From: Octopus sinensis
Lineage: Eukaryota
NCBI RefSeq assembly: GCF_006345805.1
Contig: NC_043002.1
Span: forward strand, 24,118,001 to 24,182,000
DNA: 64,000 bases
Direction: 5' to 3'
This document shows, in pieces, positions 1-13,499 of this stretch. Position 1 is the first letter of the stretch; each line of letters begins with the position of its first letter. The translations under genes and the position numbers were made by a program. The notes beneath the pieces were generated by a model. It was not told the DNA's origin. It did not search any database and worked only from the letters and a program-made list of their open reading frames with translations.

Positions 1-766
1 GGCAATCAAAGATCTGTATAGAGAGAAGTGTGACACCGAAATGTATTAAGTGAAATATTGTAATCAGGACACGTTTTGTGGGATTCAATGTGACAGTAAG
101 GTATGTGAAATACAATGACTAGGGCATGTTTTGTGGGGTACAGTGTGGAAGTATGACAGGACATGTTTTGTGAGGTAGTGTTATGATAATGTGTAGTTTA
201 GTAACCAGGAAAGTTAAAGATCTGTAGAGTTCAGTATGATAGTCAGAACACATTTTGTGGAGTGCAGTGTGTCAAAGGAATCAACAAGTATTTTGAGAAA
301 AAATTTCACTTCTGAAATGAGCAGTTCTCAGAAAGTTGGAATTACTATGAATTAACATGTAGATGTTTGGAAATATTTTAGAAATGTTACCAAAGGGGTG
401 AGATCTTCTTCCTGAGTTAGAACCTTACCTTCATAGAAAAAACAATTAACCTGAGAGGCAGAGGTCTATACACAGGTGAAGCTTTTAATGTGTTACAAAA
501 TAATTTACTAAAGAAGGCAAGTGAATTCCTATAACTAAGCCTAACTCTAATTTAATACAAGATAGGGTATGAGGTCTAACACTTGAAATACCTTAACAGG
601 CAAGATTTAACACCTAAAACAATACCCATTATGTTACAAGAGAGTGAATGAAATTCAGCACTTGAATTATACACTTAAATAGTGAAGCTATACTCCTACT
701 ATGAGATAATCTAGTCAAGAGAAAAAAGTGCTAAACAAACAATCTGTTTTTATTAAGATTATTTAC

Positions 767-904
767 CTGAGAAGGTGGTATAACATGCCTTGCTTCCATT
801 CGAACTGAGAATGGAAATTCCAGTTCTGACTGAAATGATACCATGGGTGAAAGGGTACCACTGGTGATGATCACACTTCGGGTGCCAGAAAAATCACTGA
901 ATGT
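767..904 (-). CDS. BRIP1: FANCJ exon with motif III (TFSDFSGTRSVIITSGTLSPMVSFQSELEFPFSVRMEARHVIPPSQ); gene continues left of the window
   Basis: TSGTLSPM.SF.SEL; 138 nt, phase 0 to 0. Confidence 0.96.
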
Positions 905-1501
905 CTGTGGAATACAGAAATTTCTAGATTACAAGATTAAAAAAAAAAAAAGCACGCACAAAAGAAAGAAAAATGCAAATCACCAACAAGCTAAGTACAA
1001 AATAGGTTTGTTGCTAACAGAGTTGATAAAACAGTATCAGTAATAAAATGGCTTTACATGTAGTTGCTAAGTAAACTAAACTGTATGACAATGCTAGAAT
1101 TTAGACACAAACATCATCAGCATCATCATCATCATCACCATCATTTTAATATCTACTTTTCTTAGCTTGCATGGTTCAAATGGGATTTGTTGAAGTTGAT
1201 TTTCCTTGGCCAAATGCTCTTCTTGTGGCCAACCAGCATCTGTTTTCAGGCAAGGTGATACTTTCCCCTAGTTCAGTGCATCAGATTGCAATCACACAAT
1301 ATCGCTTACATGACAATGATGCTTTGTTTACATCACAATAAGAGTGCAAAGTCAAAAAAAAAAAAAAAAAAAGACAGAAACACATGCACACACACACACA
1401 CAAATATTTACGAGCATATCCTTTGATAAGTGTCTTCTACTAATCCCAGACCAACCAAGCTTTGTAACTGAATTTGGTAGATGGAAACTAAAGGGACTGC
1501 T

Positions 1502-1837
1502 GAGACCCCCTTCGGTCATGACTGACCATGGGATTGCACTTAGAAAGTTACCCTCGCAGGCACAAGTCCGGGCAAGTTTGTTTATGGAAGACCAACAGTT
1601 GCCCATGCATACAGGCCTCCCCTCTCCATGTCACCAATGTTATCCAAGGGAAAGGAAAAGGCCGATACAGCTTGGCACCAGTGACGTCGCAACTAATTTC
1701 TACAGCTGAGTGAACTGGAGCAACCTGAAATAAAGTGTCTTGCTCAAGAACACAGCACGCAGCCTGGTCCGGAATTCGAACTCACAACCTCACGATCGTA
1801 AGCTTGATGCTCTAACCACTGAGCCATGCGCCTTCAC
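1502..1837 (-). mobile_element. tRNA-head SINE with CORE-like centre; further copies 18575-18906(-), 46502-46830(+), 47942-48273(+)
   Basis: A/B-box head (GGCTCAGTGG...GAGTTCGAATTCC) and CTTGAGCAAGACACTT...CAGCTGTAGAAAT core; four similar copies. Confidence 0.85.
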
Positions 1838-2452
1838 TAAACTAAAGGGAACTTATCACATATTTATATACTTACATGTGTGTACATAAATGTGTTCAAT
1901 GAAATTAGTGAGCTACAAGTGGTGTTGTTGTTGTCAGTTCTCCTATCAACAAATTGTCTGCTTGTTTGTATCTTTGCAGTTCTGTGAAATAAGAAATCTC
2001 TTCCTTGAAAAACAAGAGTTAGCAACAGGATGGGTCTCTGGCTGTAAAACAATGTTTCACTAATACATTTGTCTAACTCATCCTAGAATGGAAAGATGGG
2101 CATAAAAAACAAATATAATACATGCACTCACATATACACATATACATGTACTAAATTATGGAAGATAGGGAGACAGCATAAACACAGATTTTGGCAAGGA
2201 CATACATATATATTTTAACAGGTTTCTGCTCAATTTCTGTTCACCAAATTCTACTCACAAAGCAATGACCAATCTAAGTCTACAGCAAAGACACTTGCCC
2301 AAGTTGTCATGTAGTGAAATCCAATCTGAAATCACATGGTTGTGAGGCTAACTTCTTAACCAAATAGCTACACCTGCAATCTGTACAAACACACACAATT
2401 TACGTAATTTATGAAAAATACATTACAGAGGATAATAAGCCAAAGTACTTAC

Positions 2453-2502
2453 CACACCAGGGTTCAAACACCATAGGCACAGAGTCAGTTCTTCCTTGGG
2501 AC
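2453..2502 (-). CDS. BRIP1: FANCJ exon (GPKEELTLCLWCLNPGV)
   Basis: WCLNP motif; 50 nt, phase 1 to 0. Confidence 0.9.
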
Positions 2503-3560
2503 CTTTAACAGATATAGAAAAAAATATTTCACAATTCTCATAGTCATCATAATAACTATCATCACTGAAATCATCTCCTGCCACAAATATATATTACTGT
2601 TTGTTTTTATGTCAAGTTTTATATAAAAGCAATTTCACATTAAACTGATGGATTACTCAGAACTTTTTAGTAGAGTATATACATATTAACTTCATTTGGA
2701 AAAAAGCTGAGTGACTTCAAAGTTTTGGCTTTCTCACATTCATTAGATTGATTTATTTTGTTTCTTTCTGGCTTTATAGTCTTTGGCAGTTTTACTTTTT
2801 GGTAGATGAAGTGATGTAATGATAATTAGGTATGGTGAAGGTAGACTGAGGAAGTAGTTGTTTGGAAAACAGAGACTAGAGGAGGCTAAGAGGAAAGTAT
2901 GTGTTTGCAGGGTGGGGCTGATAGAAATGTATGGAGAAGAGATTTATTTTGGTTTGATGGTGGAATTTTGTTGTTTGTGGTTCATTCAAGTGTGGATGTA
3001 AACATGTAAGCAAATGTGTCATATTCAGGTCACAACAGTCTTTGTACAGAAGGTTAGTTTTTATCATATTTTAGGTTTTCAAAATAATGTTTGTAGCTAA
3101 TACAGTTAGCCACACAGCATAGGTTAGACTGAGACTGAATTTGGTGTTGTATGAGTTTTCTATTAAGAAGTTTTAAAAGTGGCATTTTTGGGAAGGTCTG
3201 GATTGTGGCTATTTATAAACACATTTGTCTACACACAAATAATATATATATATTTATAGATATTATTTGAGTGTAGATAAATGTATACATGTAACTGTAT
3301 GTAATTACCTATACATCTAGATAAATGCATAAGGATTATGCTTTTCCATAGATATAAAATATAGAAACATATATACATATCCAGTTATATGTGTACAACA
3401 TGGCTATATGTGTGTGTGTATATATATATATACTTAATCATACCGAAGGGAAATAGAAATTAATAGAAATTTTCACTTCCAGTGGCCTAACGTGTAAAAA
3501 TTTAGTCCAAAGACTATGTATTACTCATAAAATACAGTGTACATTTTATATATATATATA

Positions 3561-3957
3561 CTAGCAGTATCGCCCGGCGTTGCTCGGGTTTGTAAGGGAA
3601 ATAACTATATAAGCATTTTTAGAGATGTAAAGTATAATAGCCATCTCAATATGGCTAACCACAAAGGGAGTGTTACTGTAGCTTTTTACGTTCTGAGATT
3701 TAATAATACATTTTTAGAGAGTTACTTCCCTTATATAATAGCAAAAAAAATGCATTAAAAATGGGAAAAAATGATGGTAAATTTTTTTTTAAATCGTAGA
3801 CTCATCGTAGACGCGCGCTAATACCCAGAAGGGTTGATATGAATCACGACTATAAGATACCTGCTTTTGGTTACACTGCACCGCAAAATGTGGGAGTAGT
3901 TAGGAATCTAAATCGTAGGAGACAGACACCACACAACCTCACTTTTATATATATAGA
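3561..3957 (-). mobile_element. Non-autonomous Helitron
   Basis: 5' TC, 3' CTAG preceded by hairpin CCCGAGCAACGCCGGG, inserted at A|T with no TSD. Confidence 0.8.
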
Positions 3958-4119
3958 TATATATACATATACATATATAAAAAACTTTTTGTATAAGTTT
4001 TTACCGAATATGGTTCTTCTCCATACCAAAAACTACTTGGTAAAATTTATTAATTTATCAAATTAATAATTTTTTACCCTATATCTGTAATGATATATAT
4101 ATACACATATACATGTGTG

Positions 4120-4152
<33 letters not shown>

Positions 4153-4316
4153 GTGTGTATGTATATACTCGTTGGTCACTGCAGGGATGAATTTTCATCT
4201 CCCTCCAATATTTATTATTCTTAACACAGGAAATCCATAAAAGATAGAGTGTTTAATTACCCAAACCTTGTAAAATAAAAAGTGAGAGAATTGACCAGAA
4301 CCTAATTAAAACTTAC

Positions 4317-4344
4317 CAAAGTTTTCTACACGTGATTTTGATCT
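4317..4344 (-). CDS. BRIP1: FANCJ 28-nt microexon (RSKSRVENF)
   Basis: ttttccag acceptor, GTAAGT donor; phase 0 to 1 is needed to join 6078 to 2502. Confidence 0.7.
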
Positions 4345-6077
4345 CTGGAAAATATGAGAAAAATAAAACATAATTACAACAACAATCAAAAAACACTGCG
4401 CAGTGAGTAAAGTAAGAGTCATTCTGTCTGTATGAAACTTGGTATTCAAGTAATATATGTGAATGGGTAAAATGATGAAGAGGACAGAAACTGTGCTGAA
4501 GAAAACCTGTCCAACACATACAAACAAAGAGAATTAGATGTAAAACAGTGATGACAATGATGATAAGACACACACATCAGCAGCAGCAGTTCCGTGTTCT
4601 TTGTTTCATAGCAGCATGGACTGAACTGGTTTCAACAACAGCATTTTGCTATTTGTTGTAGTCATTCTTCATCTCGTCTCCATATTGCATAAATATGTCA
4701 TCACTGTCATCATCTTTATCACCACCATCACCACCACCACCATTACTTTTTAAGATTGCTTTTCCACAAGGCATGTTGACAAAACAAGGAGACATAAATA
4801 CGCAAACAAACACACAGAGTTCCTGTTTCCATCTACTAAATCCAATCACAAGCCTTTGGTGGACTCACTGTTATAGAAGACATTTGCCCAAAATACTTCA
4901 CAGTAGATGGTAAGTGAACTTCTCAATGACAGCCATGCCTATATAAGTCCAAAACATACATGTACACACATACTCTCTCTTTCCTTCTCTAATATTTTTG
5001 TGAGGTTCTTACATCCTGATAAAGCCCTCTCCACTTCTGCCCATATCTTCTATTTTCCTCTTTTGCAAGCTCTTTCTAATTGTATCCATCATCATCATCG
5101 TTTAATGTCCGCTTTCCATGCTAGCATGGGTTGGATGATTTGACTGAGGGCTGGCAAGTCAGATGGCTGCACCAGACTCGAATCTGATCTGGCAGAGTTT
5201 CTACAGCTGGATGCCTTTCCTAACACCAACCACTCTGAGAGTGTAGTGGGTGCTTTTACGGGGCCAGTCAGGCGGTACTGGCAACGGCCACGCTCAAATG
5301 GTGCTTTTTATGTACCACCTGCACAGGATCCAGTCCAGCAGCACTGGCAACAACCTCGCTTGAATGTTTTTTCATGTGCCACCGGCACAAGTGCCAGTGT
5401 TACACATGAAATCTTTGTTCTCTGTCAGCTTGTCTGAGATCCATATATACATATATATATATATGTATATATATATATGTATACTAGCAGCTAAGCCTGG
5501 TTTCACCCAGTCTGTTTGGATGATGTGGCTGCAATCGTTTTTGGTTAAGCATAATCTATAACAGCGTTTCTCATCATCAGTTAGTGTCTGCTTTCCATGC
5601 TGGCATGGGTTAGATGGTTTGACTGGAATTGGTAAGCCGGAGAGCTGCACCAAGTTCCAGTCTGATTTGGTATGGTTTCTACACACACACACACACGACT
5701 GGCGTTTGCCTAATTTTCATTTACTAAATTCCACTTACAAAGTACTGGTCAGCCTAAAGTTGTAACAGAAGACATTTGTTAAAGGTGACATACCATGAGT
5801 CTGAACCTGGAATTATATGGTTCAAAGCAGATTCTTTGATCACAAGCCATGCCTGCATCTAAATGCAACTAATATTACTAATATTAAAATGAATTTTTGT
5901 CCATCTTTACATTGAGTTCAAATGTTGCCGAGGTTGACTTTGTCTTTCATCCTTTTGGGATTGATAAAATAACTACCAATTGAGCATTGGGGTCAATGTA
6001 ATCAACTTATGCCCTCCCACAAAACTGCTGGCCTAATGCCTAAATGTGAAATCAGTATTAAAAAGAATTGTACTTAC

Positions 6078-6123
6078 TGTGCCTTTCTTTGGTCCAAATG
6101 TGACATTTCTGAGAAGAACCAAA
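6078..6123 (-). CDS. BRIP1: FANCJ small exon (LVLLRNVTFGPKKGT)
   Basis: Poly-T plus TAG acceptor, GTAAGT donor, 46 nt, phase 2 to 0. Confidence 0.75.
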
Positions 6124-6239
6124 CTAAGATAAAAAAAAAAGCGTAGAATATTTAAAGAGCAGAAGTTAAAACATTATACATGGACACACAATTTGCATAT
6201 TGTTAATGTGGTTAAGATATATGGGTTTAGTAATGCATA

Positions 6240-6279
<40 letters not shown>

Positions 6280-7429
6280 CAAAATAAGCAACAAGGATAT
6301 AATCACCTTATTTTAAATTGTATGGCTAACACCATACTAAATTCTGGTGCCTCAACTTAAGTACCATATTCATTTGAATCTATATTCAAATCTATATATA
6401 TATATGTGTGTGTATCATTATCATCGTTTAATGCTTGTCTTCCATGCATTCATGGGTAGGCCAGTTGACATGAGCCAGTTAGAAAACTACCTCAGGCTAC
6501 TGTGTCTGCTCTGGCAGCATCTTTATAGCTGGATGCTCTTCTTAACACCAACCACTCTGCAGAGTGGATTCAGAGCTTTTTTTACACGGTACTAGCACAG
6601 GCAAGGTTACTTTTGGCATGAATTTTACTGCTGGATGCCCTTCCAAATGCCATCACTATGTGGATCGGATGCTTTTTATGTATATGCTTTGTGAATTTTC
6701 TCGTGGCTGCAATGACGTAGGGTAGTATAAAACTCTCATGTCACCGGTGTTAAAACACCTTAGAGTCATGGACAGGTGAGGTAACTTTACTCTCAATCCC
6801 ATTTGGGAGTGACAGACATCGATATATACATATATATATATATATCATCATCACCATCGTTTAACATCTGCTTTCCATGCTAGTGTGGGTTGGACGATTT
6901 GACCGAGGACTGGCAAACAAGATGGCTGCACCAGGCTCCAATCTTGATCTGGCAGAGTTTGTACAGCTGGATGCACTTCCTAATGCCAACCAATCCGAGA
7001 GTGTAGTGGGTGCTTTTACGTGCCACCAGCACGAGGGCCAGTCAGGCGGTACTGGCAACGGCCACTCCCAAATGGTGTTTTTTTTACATGCCACCTGCAC
7101 ACCGGCACAAATGCCAGTAAGGCAATGCTGGTAACAATCATGCTCAAATAGTGCTTTTTACGTGTCACCGACACGGACGCCAGTTAGGTGCTCTGGCAAC
7201 GATCACGCTGTTCTTTTACTGGTTTAAGTCATTGAACTATGGCGACTGAGCTGGGGCACAGACTTCTACAGTTCTAATTTACTTATTTTCAGTTTTGTAC
7301 ACTTAGGTTAACAAACTCTATTTGTTGTAATACCAACGCATTTTGATACAACACAGGTATTATGCAAACATTAACACAGTCCTGAACACACATACACACA
7401 CAAGAATATTAGCTGATAATATAATGTTC

Positions 7430-7810
7430 CCATACCAGGTAAAAAAATGTACACCAGTAAATAATGTATTTCACATATTATATATATTTGGGCATCATCT
7501 CTTTCAAAATAGTCCCACTGAAAATGTAAAAAGTGATCTCAGTGGGAAAACCTTTCCTAAAGACTCAAATACTGCTCTACAATTCCATTTGAATTTTATC
7601 TACCATCATCAATCATCTTGAGCAGCACCTTCCAACTTCAATTTCATTTTTGGAAACACAACATAGTCACAGAGGAGTAGGTCAAATGAGTGCAGAAGGT
7701 ATGGAATGACTACTATTTTTTGATTCTTTGTCAAAAACTAGTCTTGAGGGAGGTGTGAGTGAGCACAGTCATGATGCAACATCCAATTGTAGTTGTGCCA
7801 CTTTTGCAGT
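7430..7810 (-). mobile_element. Degenerate mariner 3' fragment
   Basis: Remnant of the YSPDLAP.D region and C-terminal GDYFE-like codons; boundaries approximate. Confidence 0.5.
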
Positions 7811-8904
7811 CAGGGAAACAGCTGTGTTTGATATATGAAAATATATAGTGTGGGTGGGAATTCCATTTTGTGGATCCATTGTAAATTATTAGCGTATAAG
7901 AGATGCAGTAGCATCATATGCATCTGATATAAAAGAATGACTTCATATATGGCAGATGTACAGAAGAAGAAGTTAGTAGTAAGAGCACCTGTGGATATAC
8001 TTCTTTCACATGCCTAAAAGTAGTTGACAGCTTCTTTTACCTAGGAATCACAACAAAGCATTAGTGCAATGTGGAGGTGGATGTTTGGAAAGTAAGCCAG
8101 AGTAAGAATAGAGTGAAAAAGTTCAGAGAATTATCAACCACTAAGTAAAATATATTCTCTCTTCAAGTGAAGGGCAGATGATATGAAGCTTAAGTGCAAA
8201 GCCTAGGATTGCATGGTAGAAAAAGATGGGCACTGCAAATAGAAGATGTGCAAAGGATGGGAAGAAAGGAGGTAAGCTCGCTCACCTGGATATGTAATGT
8301 TAGTGTGCATGAACAATGAGAAGACAAATAATCTGAGAGAGAGAAAAATAAACTGAGTACAAGAGAAATCAGATGTAGTGTGAAAAACAGGAGAATGTGT
8401 TGGTAAGGAAAGGTGATGCATATGAAGGATAACAGTTGGGCACAGAAATGCCAAGTGATCCAAGTGGAAGAGAAAGACATGAGTAGAAATGAAAGGAGAT
8501 AAGAGAAGGCTGAATCACATAAAGGAGTTGAAAATGGATCACAACAAGAGGCAAGACATTGTACTAGAGAAGACCCATCCTGCCCACACAACATGGAAAA
8601 ACAGACATAAAAATGATGATGATGATGATATACATGTACATACATCATCATCACCATCATCATATGTCTACCTAGCAAGCTGGTATGTGTTGGATGATTC
8701 AACAAAATCCAATAGCTTAAAGGATTACATCTTGTTCCAATGTCTCATTTTTTGGTATAGCTTCTATGGTTGAGATGCCTTTCTAATATCAGTCACTTTA
8801 TAGAGTATACAAGGCACCTGCATTAGTGAGGTCACCTTGAAACTCACAAAAAATATACATATCTATATACATACCTATATGCACACAATATGTACATATA
8901 TGAT

Positions 8905-9783
8905 ATATGTTACACAGCAGTGAAACATGAGCAATGACTGCTGAGGACATGCATAGGCTTGAAAGAAATGAAGCTAGTGTGATCCACTGGATATGTAATG
9001 TCAGTGTGCATACACGACAGTGTAAGTGCCCTGAGAGAAAAGTTGGACATAAGCAGCATCGGATGTGGTGTGCAAGAGAGACAACTGTGTCGGTATGATC
9101 ATGTGTTGCATATGGATGAGGACAGCTGTGTGAAGAAGTGTCACACCCTAACAGTGGAAGGATCCTGTAGAAGAAGTAAACCCAGGAAGACACAGGATGA
9201 GGTGGTGAAGCACGATCTTTGAATGTTGGGCCTCACAAAAAGAATGATAAGAGACCGAAACCTTAGGAGATATGCTGTGATTGAGAAAACTCGGCAAGTG
9301 AAGTGAGATCACAGCCAGGGCTCATGCTAGTGTTGCAAAACCAGCCCATTTAAAAGTACCTTTGAATCGTCAGGCGATATGCTGTGCTTGAGAAGACCTG
9401 TTCAGTCAAGTGAAACTGTAGTCGTGGCTAATGCCAGTGCCGCCTGACTGGTACCCATGCTGGGTGCACGTAATAAGCACCATTTGAGCATGGGTTGATG
9501 CTAGTGCCACATGACTGGCTCTCCATGCTGGTGGAACATAAAAAGCAACAATTGAATGTGGTTGATGTCAGTGCCCCTTGACTGGCTCCCATGCTGGTGG
9601 CATGTAAAAAGCACCCACTACACTCTCCAAGTGGTTGGCATTAGGAAGGGCATCCAGCAGTAGAAACCTTGCCAGATCAGATTGGAGCCTGGTGCAGCCT
9701 ACTAACTTGCCAGTCCTCAGTCAAACCATCCAACTCATGCCAGCATGGAAAATGGATGTTAAATAATTAAATGATGATGATGA
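8905..9783 (+). mobile_element. RTE-clade LINE 3' portion (ORF C-terminus plus 3' UTR ending in (GAT)n)
   Basis: SETW...RLERNEAS, LREKLDI, HVLHMDED, EG.C.R..PRKT.DEVVKHDL. Confidence 0.85.
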
Positions 9784-10694
9784 TCCTGATATACATATAT
9801 ATAAACATTTTATTACATCTAATACATATATACCCAATAATCTTAGAGCACTATCATAACCCCACCCCACTACAGAGTGCCACATCAAAACCCCATCTAT
9901 CTACTTTAGTGAAAATAACTTGTCTAGGAAGATGGGCACTCTGAACAAACCTAATAGGGTAGCAATATAGTATGGAGGAGAAGTGGACCCAGCACGGCAC
10001 AGAGAAGGTAATCAATATTAGTGAAAACTCATAAAAAAACTCAGAGTAGAAGAAACATTTTGTCTTAACACAAAAATCTCTCAGACATGGAACATGATAA
10101 AAAAACACTCAGTCCATGTCAAGAAATGGTTGGTAACTGGAAGAGCATCCAAGCATAGGCATGGATGTATGAAATGTGTTCAGACTGCCATACCCCACAG
10201 TGAACTGTAGACTGTATAGTGTGGTACCCAACAAGATAAAGGTGTGGATCTAGGAAGTGCTGTGTCCAGACTGTCACTCTGCACATCCCATAATAGACCA
10301 CAGCATGTCAGAGTGTGTATATAGTGCCCAATAAAGCAAATGCCTGGATGTATAGAGCATTAGTTTTAGTGATCCAAGAGTTATCTATGTGCCCTGGGGC
10401 TGCTACATCAAGACCGACTGAAGAAAACACAATAAAATAACAACAATCAAACTAACAAGTATGCTTTACAAGGCCACTCAATCTGTTTGAAATAGCAGAA
10501 AATTCTCCCTCACATCATGCACATTACTGTCACAGAAAGAAAGGATATATTGAAATATGTAGTCCTTGATACTCATAAAGACAGGACAGTCCAGGCTGGA
10601 AAGCCTTTAATTGAAAGTCTGCAGGTCTGACTGGGAAGTAAATAACAACAACAACAACAAGTGGCAAAGACAACAAAAACTGACCAGTATTTAC

Positions 10695-10852
10695 CGAAAA
10701 TCTTCTACATTCTTCAGGTCATTCATGTAGAAGTAGGTGAGAGATACTAATAGTTGCTCAAACATCTGGAATGCCGCACTGCTCAACTTTGGGTAAAACA
10801 TCATCTTTTTCTTTCTTTTTTCTGCTTCATCTCGTATATGTTTGAGGTGTAC
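10695..10852 (-). CDS. BRIP1: FANCJ Arch-domain exon (VHLKHIRDEAEKRKKKMMFYPKLSSAAFQMFEQLLVSLTYFYMNDLKNVEDF)
   Basis: Aligns with BRIP1 [22 protein letters not shown]...DDY; 158 nt, phase 0 to 2. Confidence 0.9.
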
Positions 10853-10854
10853 CT

Positions 10855-11245
10855 GGTAGTGTTGGTGATGGGAGAGAGAATAGAAGTGGCAACAGTGGTA
10901 GGAGTGTTGGTATGTGTGTTGTTGGTGGTATGGGTGTAGGTGATGGCAGTGTTGTTGGTGGTGATAGTGGGAATTGTGGTGTCAGTGTAGTAGTGATGGT
11001 AATGGAAGTGGAAACAGTGGTAGTGTTGGTAGTGGTGTTGGTAGTAAGGATGTTGGTGGTGATAGTGTTGTTGTTTGTATTGGAGGTAATGGTGTTAGTA
11101 GAGTTGATGGTGATGTCAGTGACATTGGTAGTGTTAGTAGCAGCGTTAGCAAATGCGGTAGTGTTGGTGATGGCAATAATAAAGCAGAGGTAGTGATGGC
11201 AGTTATGGTGTTTGTGATCCAGTGGTTGGAGGTTTGGGTGGTGGT
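10855..11245. repeat. Degenerate (GTN)n triplet tract abutting a FANCJ acceptor
   Basis: GGT/GTA/GTT triplets; the source of the Val-, Gly- and Thr-rich spurious ORFs. Confidence 0.85.
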
Positions 11246-11314
11246 GCAACAATGGAAAAGAGGAAAAAAAAAAAAAGAAAAATATTATAATAATAATCAT
11301 AATAATAATAAAAA

Positions 11315-11958
11315 TGGTTTCAAATTTTGGCACAAGGCCGGCAATTTCGAGGGTGGGGGTAAGTTGATTACACCAACCCCAGTGCTCTACTGGTACTTAT
11401 TTTATCAGCCTTGAAAGGGATGAAAGGCAAAGTTGACTTTGGTGGAATTTGAACTCAGAACGTAGTGACAGATGAAATACCACTAAGCATTTTGCCCAGC
11501 ATGCTTACAATTCAACTAGCTCACCACCCTAATAATAATAATCTTTTCTATTATAGGCACAAGGTCTGAAATTTGGAGGAGGGGGATAGTCGATTACATC
11601 GACCCCAGTACGCAACTGGTATTTGATTTATTGACCCCCAAAAGGATGAAAAGCAAAGTTGACTTCGGTGGAATTTGAACTCAGAATGTAAAGACAGACG
11701 AAATACTGCTAAGCATTTTGCCCGGTGTGCTAACGATTCTACCACCTCACCGCCTTGATAATAATAATAATAATCCTTTCTACTATAGGTACAAGGCCTG
11801 AAATTTGGGGGTAGGTGTTAGTCGATTACATCAATCCCAGTGTTTCACCGGTACTTAATTTATCGACCCGGAAAGGATGAAAGGCAAAGTAAACCTTGGT
11901 GGAATTTGAACTCATAATGTAAAAGACGGCAAGCTAACAATCCTGCTAGCTCACCACC

Positions 11959-11997
<39 letters not shown>

Positions 11998-12220
11998 CAA
12001 CAATAATAATAATTATGTTTCTAATATAGGCACAAAGCCTGAAATTAGGGGAATGATGAATCAATACCATTGGCCCTCGTATTTGACTGATATTTTATTT
12101 TATTGATTCCCAAAAGGAAGAAAGACAAAATTGACTAGTGGGATTTGAACTTAGAATGTAAACTGCCAGAATAAATACAAGGCATTTTGTTCAACATTCT
12201 AAAGAGTCTGCTAATCCACC
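11315..12220 (-). mobile_element. Four head-to-tail Meta-domain SINE copies separated by (AAT)n
   Basis: GGCACAAGGCC...GATGAAAGGCAAAG...GAATTTGAACTCAG repeated at about 220-nt spacing. Confidence 0.85.
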
Positions 12221-12284
12221 ATCATTACAATGTTGTTGGGAAGGAAACTATTTACCACAAAGCTATGCCTATATATACTCTTTA

Positions 12285-12686
12285 CTCTTTTCTCTCTTTT
12301 TACTCTTTTACTTGTTTCAGTCATTTGACTGCGGCCATGCTGGAGCACCGCCTTTAGTTGAGCAAATCAACCCCAGGACTTATTCTCTGTAAGCCCAGTA
12401 CTTATTCTATCAGTCTCTTTTGCCGAACCGCTAAGTGACAGGGACATAAACATACCAGCATCGGTTGTCAAGCAATGCTAGGGGGACAAACACAGACACA
12501 CACACATATATATATACATATATACGACGGGCTTCTTTTCAGTTTCCGTCTACCAAATCCACTCACAAGGCATTGGTCAGCCCGAGGCTATAGCAGAAGA
12601 CACTTGCCCAAGATGCCACGCAGAGGGACTAAACCCGGAACCATGTGGTTGGTTAGCAAGCTACTTGCCACACAGCCACTTCTGCA
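12285..12686 (-). mobile_element. tRNA-head SINE with internal (TA/TG) microsatellite (octopus OR-type); second full copy 50750-51153
   Basis: TTGGGCAAGTGTCTTCT...GTGAGTGGATTTGGTAGACGGAAACTGAAA; many partial copies; family name is from memory. Confidence 0.8.
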
Positions 12687-12784
12687 CCAAATATATGTTT
12701 ATATATTTTTAAAGTTATATATGGACAGAGATCCATGAAGTCCATAAAAGAGAATGTTTAATTACAACAACCGTTATCACTTAC

Positions 12785-12934
12785 TGATAAGTTGCTTATA
12801 TCTTTTGGTCCAATCTTCAAGTGAACCAGCTCAGCCACAGCCTCAAAGCCTGACCAAATTTTACTGGCTTGGTTGAAATCAGTCTGTTGGAGATCAGCTG
12901 AACGTTTGTGGATGAAGGAATGTAAACTATGCAC
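12785..12934 (-). CDS. BRIP1: FANCJ Arch-domain exon (VHSLHSFIHKRSADLQQTDFNQASKIWSGFEAVAELVHLKIGPKDISNLS)
   Basis: KIWSG motif as in BRIP1; 150 nt, phase 0 to 0. Confidence 0.92.
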
Positions 12935-13499
12935 CTGCAAAGTATGAGAGAGATAGAGGATGTGAGCATGAATGAGTGAGTGAGTGAATGAAAAGGGAGA
13001 GAAAGAGAAGTCAGATGTGAATGAGTGTGTTGTGTGAGAAAGACAGAGAAGTAATGGAAGAGTATCTCAGAGCATGTGTATGAGGCAGGGACTTTCTCCA
13101 TCCCTCAAAATTTCAGGGCTTTGTGCCTTTAGCAGAAAGGATTATAATATTACTATTAATAATAATCCTTTCTACAAGGCCTGAAGTTTTGGGGGAGGGG
13201 ACTAGTCATTTACATCGACCCCTGTGCTCGACTGGTACTTATTTTATCAACCCTGAAAGGATGAAAAGCAAAGTTGATACCAGCAGAATTTGAACTCAGA
13301 ATGTAAAGACGGATGAAATGCCACTAAGCAACATGTTAATGATTACCAGATTGCCACCTTAATAACAATCCTTTCTACTCAAGGCACAAGGCCTGAAATT
13401 TGAAGGGGAGGGGACTAGTCGATTGCATCAACCCATGCGTTTCACTGGTACTTAATTTAGCAACTCCAAAAAAATGAAAGGCAAAAGATTGGACAAAAT

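Noticed and set aside
1344-1713. 121-aa ORF with a near-identical partner at 48067-48435
   Set aside because: Both are the antisense reading of the same SINE family, not a gene pair
10827-11414. Thr-rich mucin-like, Val-rich and Gly/Ser-rich ORFs
   Set aside because: Degenerate triplet repeat in a FANCJ intron, open in several frames on both strands
11315-12220. Regularly spaced repeats suggesting a CRISPR-like array
   Set aside because: Units are ~220-nt SINEs without unique spacers, in a eukaryotic intron with no cas genes
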